Of a stretch of 64,000 nt of DNA, positions 10,500 to 19,777 are shown one piece after another. Made by a program: the position numbers and the translations under genes. How positions within the stretch are numbered: the stretch's first letter is position 1; each line of letters opens with the position of its first letter. The notes under the pieces were generated by a model, which saw only the letters and a program-made list of their open reading frames with translations, had not been told where the DNA came from and made no database searches. Source of the stretch: Bacteroidota bacterium (GTDB lineage Bacteria > Bacteroidota > Ignavibacteria > UBA10030). Where the stretch lies: contig JBEKNC010000002.1 in assembly GCA_049523215.1 (NCBI GenBank), positions 127,963-191,962 on the forward strand, given 5' to 3'.

Positions 10500-11759
10500 T
10501 TACTCGTTGGCAGCGGGTGAATGGAAATGCGCAAATAACTTGTCTGTAAAGAGCACCGCCTCAGCGCTAAATGGATCGACTTCATTCGCAAGATAGAGTG
10601 TATCGAGATATTGAGCGACTTCTTCCCATATACCAAAGAGACTGATTTCTGTCATTGCCCCCTGGAACGCAGGCTCATCATTGGTAAAGAGATTCTTCAC
10701 TAATAAACTGTGCTCTTCATCAGGAAAAAGGTCAAGAATTTCTTTTCGCTTTATACTCGGCATCGATACAAGATATTTTTCGTCATCCTCACCAAAGACG
10801 ACCGACGGCGTCTTCGGTGGCACAGGATTTTCTGTCGATGGCGCAACCGTGACAGTCTCAGGTTCCTGTACGCTGTAACCATCAGCACCACCGGCAGCCT
10901 GATGGTTCTCCTGCTGCACATCGTTTGGAATGACAACAGGCAAAGTAATCGGACGTGCGGTTGCATCTTCATTCCCCACTCGTACGATTTCTATAATGTC
11001 TGCCAAGCGATCCGCTGTAATTTGGATGACCCGATTGTGATCGCGTTCGAATTCGAGCCGTACATGAATATCAGTAAGGTGCTTATCATCAAAGAAAACA
11101 ATTGCCGCATTGATCGGAAGCGTTTGTTGTTCAAATTCTACTTGCGGCACCATCTTCCCGGACTCGACAAAATCGAACAACGCACGCGTTATTTGGGCAA
11201 GTTCAAAGCTGGAATGCTGCGCTACTACTTCATGGTCGATCTTTTCAATCAGCGACTTGAACTCTTCATAGGTCACTTCTACCAACCCATGGTCAACGAT
11301 AAACCGCTTGATCAGCTCGGGAAAGTAGGTATAATCAATACAATACTTCAGCCGCTTCTCAATAGTCGAAGAGGCAACTCGACGCTGGTCACCGACGATA
11401 AAATTCAAGAGCGTCCACTGCGGACGACAGAGATAGTTGAATTGGAAGTGCACCGACTCGTCGAGAAGCGATTCAAATTCTTGCAGACTGAAATGGTAAT
11501 TTTGAACAAGTAATAAATCGATCTGCTCTTCAAGACTTTTTATTTCAGCCAACGAGTACGAAAATTTTTTAGAACGATATTCCGATCCCCGTTCCTGTGC
11601 AAGTGTTTTTTCCACCTCCGCCTTGAAGTACGCCTTGATCGCAGGATGAATATTTGCCATAAGGATTTTCTTTAAGAACACATCATCCTCCTCGCCTATC
11701 GTTTTGACACGAACCGCATGGATGATGGATTCTATTTCTGCTTCGAAAATGTAGCCCAT
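10500..11759 (-). CDS. hypothetical protein
   Basis: 419-aa ORF with consistent coding character and a Pro-rich C-terminal segment. I recognise no family. Confidence 0.55.
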   Translation of the reverse strand: MGYIFEAEIESIIHAVRVKTIGEEDDVFLKKILMANIHPAIKAYFKAEVEKTLAQERGSEYRSKKFSYSLAEIKSLEEQIDLLLVQNYHFSLQEFESLLDESVHFQFNYLCRPQWTLLNFIVGDQRRVASSTIEKRLKYCIDYTYFPELIKRFIVDHGLVEVTYEEFKSLIEKIDHEVVAQHSSFELAQITRALFDFVESGKMVPQVEFEQQTLPINAAIVFFDDKHLTDIHVRLEFERDHNRVIQITADRLADIIEIVRVGNEDATARPITLPVVIPNDVQQENHQAAGGADGYSVQEPETVTVAPSTENPVPPKTPSVVFGEDDEKYLVSMPSIKRKEILDLFPDEEHSLLVKNLFTNDEPAFQGAMTEISLFGIWEEVAQYLDTLYLANEVDPFSAEAVLFTDKLFAHFHSPAANE

Positions 11760-11775
11760 TGTTAAATTAAGCCAT

Positions 11776-11840
11776 TGTGTGATTGAGCGATTGAGTCAAT
11801 TCGTGATTTAGCGATTAAGTGATTTAGTGATTAAAGAAAT
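11776..11840. repeat. tandem 8-bp repeat array (GATTNAGY units)
   Basis: GATTGAGC GATTGAGT CAATTCGT GATTTAGC GATTAAGT GATTTAGT GATTAAAG. 8-bp periodicity. Confidence 0.8.
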
Positions 11841-11845
11841 AGTTT

Positions 11846-12205
11846 TCATCTCCTGCCGCGTGCGGTTTGATTGGACGCTGAAAAAATAGCAATCAATTCA
11901 TTCGCTTCTTTGAGTAATTCATTCGTCTTTTCTGGTGAAAGTATATTGAGATCTGTGACCATTTCAAGCCAAAACACAGTTTCATCAGCTTCTTCTACAA
12001 CAATACCAATTTTCGCTATGAACTCTGCTTTCGAACGGGCTCGGCAAACAGCCCGATAATTTGCAGCAACTGATGTTGCAGAACGCATCAATTGTCTTCC
12101 AATAATTCTGGCTTCTTCATTCTTTGGGAATGTTCGAACAAGTCTTACAATTTGAATTGCAAATTGCTTTGTTCGATCTCTTAATATTTCCGGCTGACTT
12201 TTCAT
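11846..12205 (-). CDS. four-helix-bundle protein (TIGR02436-like; the family historically annotated 23S rRNA-intervening-sequence protein)
   Basis: 119 aa carrying the characteristic …RQLMRSATSVAANYRAV…SKAEFIAKIGIVVEEADETVFWLEM… pattern. Confidence 0.8.
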   Translation of the reverse strand: MKSQPEILRDRTKQFAIQIVRLVRTFPKNEEARIIGRQLMRSATSVAANYRAVCRARSKAEFIAKIGIVVEEADETVFWLEMVTDLNILSPEKTNELLKEANELIAIFSASNQTARGRR

Positions 12206-12214
12206 AACGAATCA

Positions 12215-12300
12215 ATCACTCATTCTCACAATCACCCAATCACTTAATCACCCAATCACTTAATCATCCAATCTCTCAATCACATATTCACCCAATCTCC
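12215..12300. repeat. tandem 8-bp repeat array, inverted relative to 11776-11840
   Basis: AATCACTC ATTCTCAC AATCACCC AATCACTT AATCACCC AATCACTT AATCATCC AATCTCTC AATCACAT… is the reverse complement of GTGATTRRGT units. Confidence 0.8.
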
Positions 12301-12301
12301 C

Positions 12302-15300
12302 TCATTCCTTTTTCCCAAGAACTGTCTTTACGCGATCAATTTCTTTCTGCGCTGCTGTCTTAAACTGCGAATCGGTGTCTTTTCGGCTGATGATTTGCTT
12401 GTACATCGTCATTGCCTGGTCATATTTCGACATCTTCTCGTACGATTGTCCAGCCATATAATATGCCGTTGAAATCCAATCCATTTTACCTCGTTTCGTA
12501 ACAAGATACGGAACTTTTAAAAATTCAAGAATTGCTTGTTGAAATTCCCCTTTATAAAAGTATGCCTCGCCAATATAGTACCGGAGTTCTGCTTCAAGAT
12601 CAATATTTCCTGCTTCTATTAAATCCTGCAAATGGAGAATTGACTGATCGTAGTATCCTAACTTCTGATACAACACGCCGATATCAATTTTCTTATCGAT
12701 GAGATCAGGATCGTTCGGGTAACGATCGATATACTTGCGTGTCAACTCCAGCGCACCATCATACAATTCCATTTCCTTGTATACCATAATCAAATTGCTC
12801 ATCGCTAACGGAACGAGACTGGGAGTGCGCTGTTCATTATCGAGAATGATACGATATTGTTTCGAAGCGGCATCCCATTGCTCAAGACTGTAATACGCGT
12901 TCCCCAAGCTCAAGTGTACACGCGGCAAAATCGGATCGTTAGGATAATATCTCAAAAGAGAATCATACATACGCACAGCAAGCGGCAATTTTTGATCCAA
13001 CTCATATACGCGAGCTGTCCAGAACATCGTTTCAGGAATAATAGGTGCTTTCGGATATGAATGAACAACCTGGTCAAACCGCTCTCGCGCTTTCGCAATG
13101 TCTTCTTTTCGCAGCTGGTATTTTCCCCGTTCGAATTCAAACTCTGCTTCATAATTATAAGTATGAGAATGTTCTTTTATAAAATCCGCCGCCCGTTTAT
13201 CTGCTTCTTTCACATTATCGAGCCGGAAGTAGGAGACAACGATTCGCGATTGTATGTATCGTTTTGCAGTGTCATTCTTTGTTTGCGAGAGTGCTTCGCT
13301 ATATCTTTTGACGGCATCGGCATATTGTTCATTCTGGAACAACATTTCCGCTGTCTCCAATGCCACGAACAAAGATTGCCCGCCTGATTTCCCTGCAATG
13401 CGGCTTACTTCCTGCAGATACTTCGCAGCGAGTTCGATAGAGTTTTCTGACTTTGCTATCGAGGCGAGCGCATAATATGCTTGTCCGGCTCTCGCCGTTG
13501 TTTGATCTCTTGTCACATATTCTGCATACCATTTCTTTGCTGCAGAAAAATCCATGAGTTTTTCGCTGCATACACCTAATTTAAAAATAATGGAACCTTC
13601 AATCTCCGGATCCACAGTTACAAAAAAGAAATCGGTTCGCAATCTTTCTAGACTATGCATATACCATTCATGTGCATTCTTAAAATCATTGGCAAAGAAA
13701 TACGCGTCAGCTTTGTACAGATCGAGACGCGATCTCAATGGATGATAGAAATACCGGGTCTCGAGAAGATCAAAATAGCCGAACGCTTTCGTCACTCGAC
13801 CGCTGTCTGCTGCAGTTTTGGCGAGATATGCAGCGGCGGCGGCACTTTTCACATGATTTGGATTTTTAGCAAGAAAATTATCAAGCACTTGAATTGCTGA
13901 ATCTTTCTCCATCATTCCATCGAGCGCAATGCCAAGCTGGTACTGCGCAGAGGGAGCTGTCTCGCGATCTGAATACTTTTCCAACAGAAGTTTATATGTG
14001 AGAACAGCGCTTTCATAATTTTTTGCTGTCAAATAAGAATCACCAAGCAAGAGAAGCGCTACATCTCTCCCGCGCGCACCGGAAGATTTCGACAAGAACT
14101 CCGTTCCAAGTGTCCGCACTTCTTCCGGCTTCTCTGCCAATTGCAGGCGGAGCGTGAATGCCGCGACAACCGCTTGGTCGGTAAGCTCGCCTGCCGGATA
14201 CAACACTGTAAGAGAATCGTATAAAACAATCGCCCTTGAAAGAAATTCTTTTTTCTTTGCGGTTTTTTCTCCTTCTTTCGATGCAAGCAGTTCAAACGAC
14301 TGCGCTTGTTTGAACCATGCCATCGGACGCAGGGTTTCTTCCAGATCGACTGTGAGAGCGTATGCAAACTGATCGGCGGCAAGCTGGTAATCTTTTATAT
14401 CGGAGAAATAGATTTCAGCAAGACGATAGGCAAGATTCCCTTTCGATTTCTGTGCGATGACATCTCCAACTAAAAGCGCAAGCTTCTGCGTGCTTGCATC
14501 CTTGCTGCGCAGATCAAAAGCCTTGATGAGACGAATCTGTTTTTGTGCTTCAGGAACAAACTCGCTGCTCGGATAGCGGCGCTGGAGATTTTCGAATGCT
14601 GCAATCGCTTCATCCATATTGCCGGCTTTCTTCCACGCTTCACCAAGCTTCATCGTCGCATCGTCAACCAATTCACTCGATGGAAAATGTTCAAGAAGCC
14701 ATTCGCAAAAATCGATCGCAGTCTTCGTATCGCCAACTTCGTCGTTGGCTACTGTAGCTCCTTCTAGTAAAAGTCTGGGCAGGTTGGCATCCGATGGATA
14801 CTGTTGACGGAATAGATTCGTTAACCGCACTGCTTCCGTGAAATTTTTTGTTGTAACAGCGCCCTTCATTGCACCGACAATAATTGCCCGACGATCCGCA
14901 TTGCCGACGCTATCGGTCAGAGCACGCGAATACAACTGCGCCGCTTTTACTGGATCGCCTGCGCGCTCGGCAGCAACGCCGGCTTTATAGAGCGCTTCCC
15001 CATTGCGAAGCCCGCGGATTTTTCCAGCTTTCTCGAACAACTCAAGCGCCCGTGCATTTAACTGCATGCGATTGTTCGCTTCCGCCATTTCCATATATGC
15101 ATCCTGCCGAAGCTGCTTGGGAGCTTTCAAACTGTCATCCGCTGCCGATTTCCAGGCTGCTAACGCTTCTTCTGTTTTACCGGCTGCATTTTTCAGAACA
15201 CCGAGTGTAAAGAGTGCATCGTAGTAGCTCGATGTCGATTTGAAATTCGTTGTAACTTCGGACACTGCCGTTTCTGCTTCAGTAATTTTTCCCATACCAA

Positions 15301-15952
15301 TAAGAGATTGTCCGTACAATACGAGCGCGCGGGCTTTCAACTGCGACTCTTTGGTCGCATCGATCACACGCTTGCTCTCCTGGCGGGCCTGTTCAAATTG
15401 TCCTGCGGATATTAATATCTCGGCAAGTTTATTTCTTGCCGGCAGCACTTCATCGGTCGTGTATTCCTGCGTGAGTGTCCGTAAAACACGAAGTGTATTT
15501 TCTGTATCCTTCAGCCGACCGTAGTACTCGGCAGCTTTGAGAAGTGCAACCGGGGCAAATTTACTGCTCGGGTGAAACGTTTTCACACGTTCAAACGCCA
15601 TTGCCGCTTCGCGGTCATTCTTCATCGCGGCATATTCCTCTGCAACGTTCATCCACGCTTCCGGCGCTTTCATATTATCGGTATACGCCAGAGCGAAATT
15701 CTGGAATGTATAGCGGGCGTCGTCGTGCTTGCCGAGCTTGGATTGTGTTAAGCCGAGATAAAAACGCGCTTCAATTCCCTGCGCACTGCTCGGGTAGAGA
15801 TTGATGAATGTGCGGAACTGTTCCAGCGCAAGATCGTACATCTTGTCGTTATAGAGATTGACGGCAAGCTTAAAATCGCCATTCTCTTTGGCATCCTGCG
15901 CAAAGGCGATGCAAGAGAACAAAAATAAAATGGAGAGAAGTTTGACTTTCAT
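12302..15952 (-). CDS. large secreted tetratricopeptide-repeat (TPR) protein
   Basis: 1216 aa with an N-terminal signal peptide (MKVKLLSILFLFSCIAFAQ) and dozens of TPR-like A/Y/L-rich helical repeats. Confidence 0.85.
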   Translation of the reverse strand: MKVKLLSILFLFSCIAFAQDAKENGDFKLAVNLYNDKMYDLALEQFRTFINLYPSSAQGIEARFYLGLTQSKLGKHDDARYTFQNFALAYTDNMKAPEAWMNVAEEYAAMKNDREAAMAFERVKTFHPSSKFAPVALLKAAEYYGRLKDTENTLRVLRTLTQEYTTDEVLPARNKLAEILISAGQFEQARQESKRVIDATKESQLKARALVLYGQSLIGMGKITEAETAVSEVTTNFKSTSSYYDALFTLGVLKNAAGKTEEALAAWKSAADDSLKAPKQLRQDAYMEMAEANNRMQLNARALELFEKAGKIRGLRNGEALYKAGVAAERAGDPVKAAQLYSRALTDSVGNADRRAIIVGAMKGAVTTKNFTEAVRLTNLFRQQYPSDANLPRLLLEGATVANDEVGDTKTAIDFCEWLLEHFPSSELVDDATMKLGEAWKKAGNMDEAIAAFENLQRRYPSSEFVPEAQKQIRLIKAFDLRSKDASTQKLALLVGDVIAQKSKGNLAYRLAEIYFSDIKDYQLAADQFAYALTVDLEETLRPMAWFKQAQSFELLASKEGEKTAKKKEFLSRAIVLYDSLTVLYPAGELTDQAVVAAFTLRLQLAEKPEEVRTLGTEFLSKSSGARGRDVALLLLGDSYLTAKNYESAVLTYKLLLEKYSDRETAPSAQYQLGIALDGMMEKDSAIQVLDNFLAKNPNHVKSAAAAAYLAKTAADSGRVTKAFGYFDLLETRYFYHPLRSRLDLYKADAYFFANDFKNAHEWYMHSLERLRTDFFFVTVDPEIEGSIIFKLGVCSEKLMDFSAAKKWYAEYVTRDQTTARAGQAYYALASIAKSENSIELAAKYLQEVSRIAGKSGGQSLFVALETAEMLFQNEQYADAVKRYSEALSQTKNDTAKRYIQSRIVVSYFRLDNVKEADKRAADFIKEHSHTYNYEAEFEFERGKYQLRKEDIAKARERFDQVVHSYPKAPIIPETMFWTARVYELDQKLPLAVRMYDSLLRYYPNDPILPRVHLSLGNAYYSLEQWDAASKQYRIILDNEQRTPSLVPLAMSNLIMVYKEMELYDGALELTRKYIDRYPNDPDLIDKKIDIGVLYQKLGYYDQSILHLQDLIEAGNIDLEAELRYYIGEAYFYKGEFQQAILEFLKVPYLVTKRGKMDWISTAYYMAGQSYEKMSKYDQAMTMYKQIISRKDTDSQFKTAAQKEIDRVKTVLGKKE

Positions 15953-15989
15953 AATTGCAAAATGTAGCCAAATATGAGAGGATTAGCAA

Positions 15990-16075
15990 GAAAGTGAAGA
16001 TAGGAGATTAAGAGATTTGGTGATTGGGTGATTAAGTGATTGGGTGATTGAATGATTGAGAGATGTTGAGAGATA
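15990..16075. repeat. tandem 8-bp repeat array (GTGATTRRG units), third copy
   Basis: GATTAAGA GATTTGGT GATTGGGT GATTAAGT GATTGGGT GATTGAAT GATTGAGA GATGTTGA GAGATAGG. It has the same orientation as 11776-11840 and is inverted relative to 12215-12300. Confidence 0.8.
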
Positions 16076-16853
16076 GGGAAAAAAAATTGAGAGAAAGTGC
16101 TGGAAGAAAAAAAAGAAGGCTTGATTAGCTATGACCCCATCAGTCCCCAGAGGTCGTTTTGCGCGTTCGCATATAAAAATAGACACACGCTTTGTGTGTG
16201 TTTGTAATGGGCCTCCGGCTGCCCTGATAGAAAAGATTCCATGAGGAATCAACGTCATTCCGGCGTGATTCTAGTCGGAATCCAGGGTCTAGATAACCTA
16301 CAACCAATATTTGTTATTTGAGTTAACGCCGCTTTCTTTTGGCGAAAAGAAAGCGACAGAAAGAAACGCTTGTGAAATCGAAATGTGTTTTCTCAAGGTT
16401 GAACTAAGATTGGGGATATGATAAACTCATTGTTAGAAATATAATGTACGGAAGGATTGGAATACACCTTGTCTTGACCCGTCTTTCTTCTATCGATTTC
16501 GCGGCTTAGAGATAAGAATATGAAAAACACGGCGGATAGAGAACTCCTGACTCCACTTGGCCTCCACCTTCTTGACAATGCACTCAAGAAAAACCATATT
16601 GTTCCTGTTCCCGGATTACCAAAGCGCTTAATAGTTATTACCTGTGTATTTTTATGACGTATGCTGAAGAAATAACATTTGAGATGAAGAGAAATATCAT
16701 TCGACTTTTCATGCGTAATAGTCGCAAAAAGCCGACTCAGTCTCACGAAGTTTCCAAAGGAATCCCTTTGGGAGATGCCTTTGGCAGACCTAATCACAGG
16801 TTAGGCGCATAAAAACGTTACACTATTAAATGTAGATGAATATGGAATGAAAT

Positions 16854-17939
16854 ATGAGACTGTACTCAACACCGCTGTCAGCTTCAAGATTGGAAATCAC
16901 GAAGCTTGCAATTATTGAAACAGTATTATCGCTTTCTATCTATTCATTCATTGTCCTGTATTTTGGAAGTCTTAAATACCTTGTAGTTATTATCGTTTTA
17001 GCTCCTCTTACACTATTCCGGACTGATAGTTCTTCAGAATGGGCCATTGATAAATTTAAACTCATTCTTGAAAATCTAAATAAATGGGTTTTTAATTCTT
17101 GGAATGGGAAAGCAATAATTTATCGAGTTCTGCTTGCATTTATTCTTTGGCCTTTATTTGGTGTAAGTCTGCGGGTTGTTTCGACTATTTATTTTTTTAT
17201 TAAGAATCCAATATCTGTAATTGTTGAAATGCCTCGGAACTGGATGCGACAGTGCATTTGTACAGATTTTATGCATCCACCAGAAATATTGCCAATGGAA
17301 TGTGTTAAATCTAGTATAGATAAAAATGTACATTCATTTTATACTTGGAAAAAAGGCCTTATTGATGCGCGTTATTCTGTAAAGTTTGGACTCTTAATAT
17401 TTACTTTACCTTTTTGGATTATTGGATGGATACCTTCTTTATTCTATCGTATTTCATTCAAAGCGACATCTATTGTATATCTACCCTTTATCTGGGTTGC
17501 AAATCTCACCATGCAAAATCCATTACCAGTCAAAAAACGACTTGAGAGATTTACTCAGGGAGAACTGGAAAAGGTTCGTCGTGGCTACTCTTGGATTATT
17601 ATAGTCATGTTACTTTCAAAGATTGGTTTTATATTAGGGTATATTGATATTAATTTCATAACCCAAAAATATTTAAATGAGAGAATTGTAAATACTATTA
17701 TTGTTCCAAATAGTTGGGCATCTTGGCAGATAACATTAGGAATAGACGCATTGTTAACATTCTTTCTACTCTTCTTTACTGATTCAGCACTTGCAAGACT
17801 TGATCATAAACCTTTTTTTAAAGAAGAAACGATATTAAATACTGTTTCATTTATCTCATTTATTAGAGCTGCAATCAGTATTTTTACTATTTCAATATTC
17901 TTTTTTTATGCTCTCAATTTGTTTTTTTTAAAGCAATGA
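16854..17939 (+). CDS. hypothetical polytopic membrane protein (cassette cargo)
   Basis: 361 aa with at least 8 hydrophobic helices. Very AT-rich. Followed 6 bp later by an attC-like element. Confidence 0.6.
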   Translation: MRLYSTPLSASRLEITKLAIIETVLSLSIYSFIVLYFGSLKYLVVIIVLAPLTLFRTDSSSEWAIDKFKLILENLNKWVFNSWNGKAIIYRVLLAFILWPLFGVSLRVVSTIYFFIKNPISVIVEMPRNWMRQCICTDFMHPPEILPMECVKSSIDKNVHSFYTWKKGLIDARYSVKFGLLIFTLPFWIIGWIPSLFYRISFKATSIVYLPFIWVANLTMQNPLPVKKRLERFTQGELEKVRRGYSWIIIVMLLSKIGFILGYIDINFITQKYLNERIVNTIIVPNSWASWQITLGIDALLTFFLLFFTDSALARLDHKPFFKEETILNTVSFISFIRAAISIFTISIFFFYALNLFFLKQ

Positions 17940-17944
17940 AATGT

Positions 17945-18103
17945 GCGCATAACCCGCGGCTCAAGCTGACCGGATGAGCGTTAGTGCATTTTACATTGCG
18001 CGTAGAGGTTTAGTACAGAATTGAAAGTGAAGTGAATGAACTTGGTTCGTTCCGTGCAATTTGAAAGTTCACATTGTCGCAGCTTAGCGCCGGTCCATTA
18101 GGC
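17945..18103 (+). repeat. attC-like site (long variant of the family, reverse-complement orientation relative to array II)
   Basis: GCGCATAACCCGCGGCTCAAGCTGACC … GAACTTGGTTCGTT … GCAATTTGAAAGTT … CGCAGCTTAGCGCCGGTCCATTAGGC. Near-identical to the reverse complement of the 55-61 kb elements. Confidence 0.7.
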
Positions 18104-18132
18104 GGTTGCCAAAATTAATAAGGATTACACAG

Positions 18133-19032
18133 ATGTCAAATAATATTGCGTCTCTCTCTGAATCGACCTTCAGATCAAATATTCGCCACACTGGTTTGCC
18201 AAGCTGTAATATTGATATTAGAACGTTGAAAAAGTTATTTGGTAAATTGAACGAGTGTTGTCGCGAGGCAGCCACAATTGAATTGTCAAAATTACGCCAA
18301 GGCACAATGACTACAGAGCAATACGAAAAATTCAAGAATGATGTAGCCGAATCATATAAAATTAATGTAGAGATACTTGGGAAAAAAGGGGAATACTTTT
18401 CATCAACCTCAGAATCCTTGCTTGATGAAAATGTTTTACCAAGTCAATTAGTAAGACTTACTTTCAATAGTGAATTCCTTTTTAAGACAGCATTCAATGC
18501 CGTTCCAATGAACAGCGTAAAAATCATTATTGATTTTAATAAAGCCACAGTACTTGATTTTTCCTCAAACCCTTCACACCCGACATCCAATGATAGTGTT
18601 ATTGACGTTCTTGGCCAGACAGAATCTTGGGTGGATGGAGTTTATAAGGCTGTGAATGATATTCTTAAAGAATGTAGTACGCATCGAACTTGGTTGCACA
18701 GGAGAGGAATATATGATTTATTTCTATGGTTATTTATTATTCCTCTTTCCTTCTGGAATCTTCATAAATTAGTCTTAGGGTTCCCCACTTTCTTTAATGC
18801 AATTTCCGGTGTAATTCAAGTATTTGTCTCAATCTATTTTCTACTTCTCATTATTTTACTTTATAGAGCATTCTTCAGTTATGCTCGCTGGGTTTTTCCT
18901 TATATCGAACTTAGTTCTACTTCAAAGACTACATCGACCAGGCATAGAATATTTTTTACCGGATTAACACTAACATTGACTTATGGATTGTTGAAAGATT
19001 TAATAAAGAGAATTATTGAAATTATATTTTAA
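18133..19032 (+). CDS. hypothetical protein with C-terminal transmembrane helices (cassette cargo)
   Basis: The ORF-track reading frame opens with TTG at 18106. I used the first ATG (MSNNIASL…), 30 nt after the attC core. The C-terminus has two hydrophobic helices. AT-rich. Confidence 0.55.
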   Translation: MSNNIASLSESTFRSNIRHTGLPSCNIDIRTLKKLFGKLNECCREAATIELSKLRQGTMTTEQYEKFKNDVAESYKINVEILGKKGEYFSSTSESLLDENVLPSQLVRLTFNSEFLFKTAFNAVPMNSVKIIIDFNKATVLDFSSNPSHPTSNDSVIDVLGQTESWVDGVYKAVNDILKECSTHRTWLHRRGIYDLFLWLFIIPLSFWNLHKLVLGFPTFFNAISGVIQVFVSIYFLLLIILLYRAFFSYARWVFPYIELSSTSKTTSTRHRIFFTGLTLTLTYGLLKDLIKRIIEIIF

Positions 19033-19044
19033 TGTATAGCAACT

Positions 19045-19128
19045 GCCTAACTAGGCGCTCCCGCCCAACAAGACAGCGGGGCAGGCAAGCTCGGCTTGTC
19101 CAGAAGGCGAAGCGGCCATCCGTTAGGC
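19045..19128 (+). repeat. attC-like site (short variant)
   Basis: GCCTAAC TAG GCGCTCCCGCC…GGCGGG…CAAGCTCGGCTTGT…GCGGCCATCC GTTAGGC. The termini are perfect 7-bp inverted repeats. Confidence 0.7.
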
Positions 19129-19169
19129 AGCCCTAAAAGTGGGATATCAATCAATAAAGGTGTCGTATT

Positions 19170-19448
19170 ATGATTTTCACACTCATCTATTTTTTCTTCA
19201 TCGTCTGGATAACTATTGTACTGTCTAAATCTATCAAGATAGTGCGAGAGGATCAGCGAGTTGTGATTTTTCGTTTGGGAAAGTATTTTGGTGTTGGTGG
19301 CCCAGGAATAGTTTTTATTTTACCATTTGTAGATAAAATACAAAAGGTCGATCTAAACGAGTCTTTACCAGGATGGCAAACATTACCCAAAGAACTTCTT
19401 GAAGAAAGACTGAAATCACTTGTCATCTATAAGTCAAACAGTTTTTAA
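19170..19448 (+). pseudogene. SPFH/band-7 (stomatin/HflC-like) domain protein, N-terminal fragment only
   Basis: 92 aa: TM helix followed by IVREDQRVVIFRLGKYFGVGGPGIVFILPFVDKIQKVDL, which is the start of an SPFH domain. The sequence terminates long before the domain would end. Confidence 0.5.
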
Positions 19449-19454
19449 CGGGCT

Positions 19455-19700
19455 GCCTAACCAGGCGCTCCCCGCTAATCCCGTAAAAAACACGGGACGC
19501 AAAAAACGCGAAAGCGACGGGGTTTCGCATAAAGCGCTCAACAAGCTCGGCTTGTCTGGAAGAATGCATCACAGCCGGAGCCCTGAGAATGTATCGCGCA
19601 AAGCGCGAAACAATTTCTTAAAAGTGATACAATATTTCTCAATGAGCCCACTGCAATTTACATGGCGCGCATAGGTTTAGTACAGAGAAGTTACAGACTG
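19455..19700 (+). repeat. attC-like site, rearranged or truncated
   Basis: It begins GCCTAAC CAG GCGCTCC and contains CAAGCTCGGCTTGT and the CATTTACATGGCGCGCATAGGTTTAGTACAGA block shared with the element at 17945-18103. It lacks the terminal …GTTAGGC. Confidence 0.5.
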
Positions 19701-19777
19701 GATTTAATATTGCCACAAAAAATTCTTATAAAATAAATATGCAATTGCCTAAAATATTTTAACGAAAGGATATTAAG

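Noticed and set aside
11776-16075. The 8-bp tandem repeat arrays as a CRISPR array
   Set aside because: The units are 8 bp and directly abutting with no spacers. No cas genes are nearby. This is not CRISPR.
15983-16258. ORF-track CDS (91 aa, minus strand) running through the repeat array
   Set aside because: Its translation is repetitive (SLNHSITQSLNHPITKSLN), a direct product of the 8-bp repeats. Almost certainly not a gene.
16393-16797. A 134-aa minus-strand ORF at the integrase-proximal side of array I, as a possible intI fragment
   Set aside because: No tyrosine-recombinase motifs (R…HxxR…Y). AT-rich and low-complexity. It is treated as noncoding spacer.
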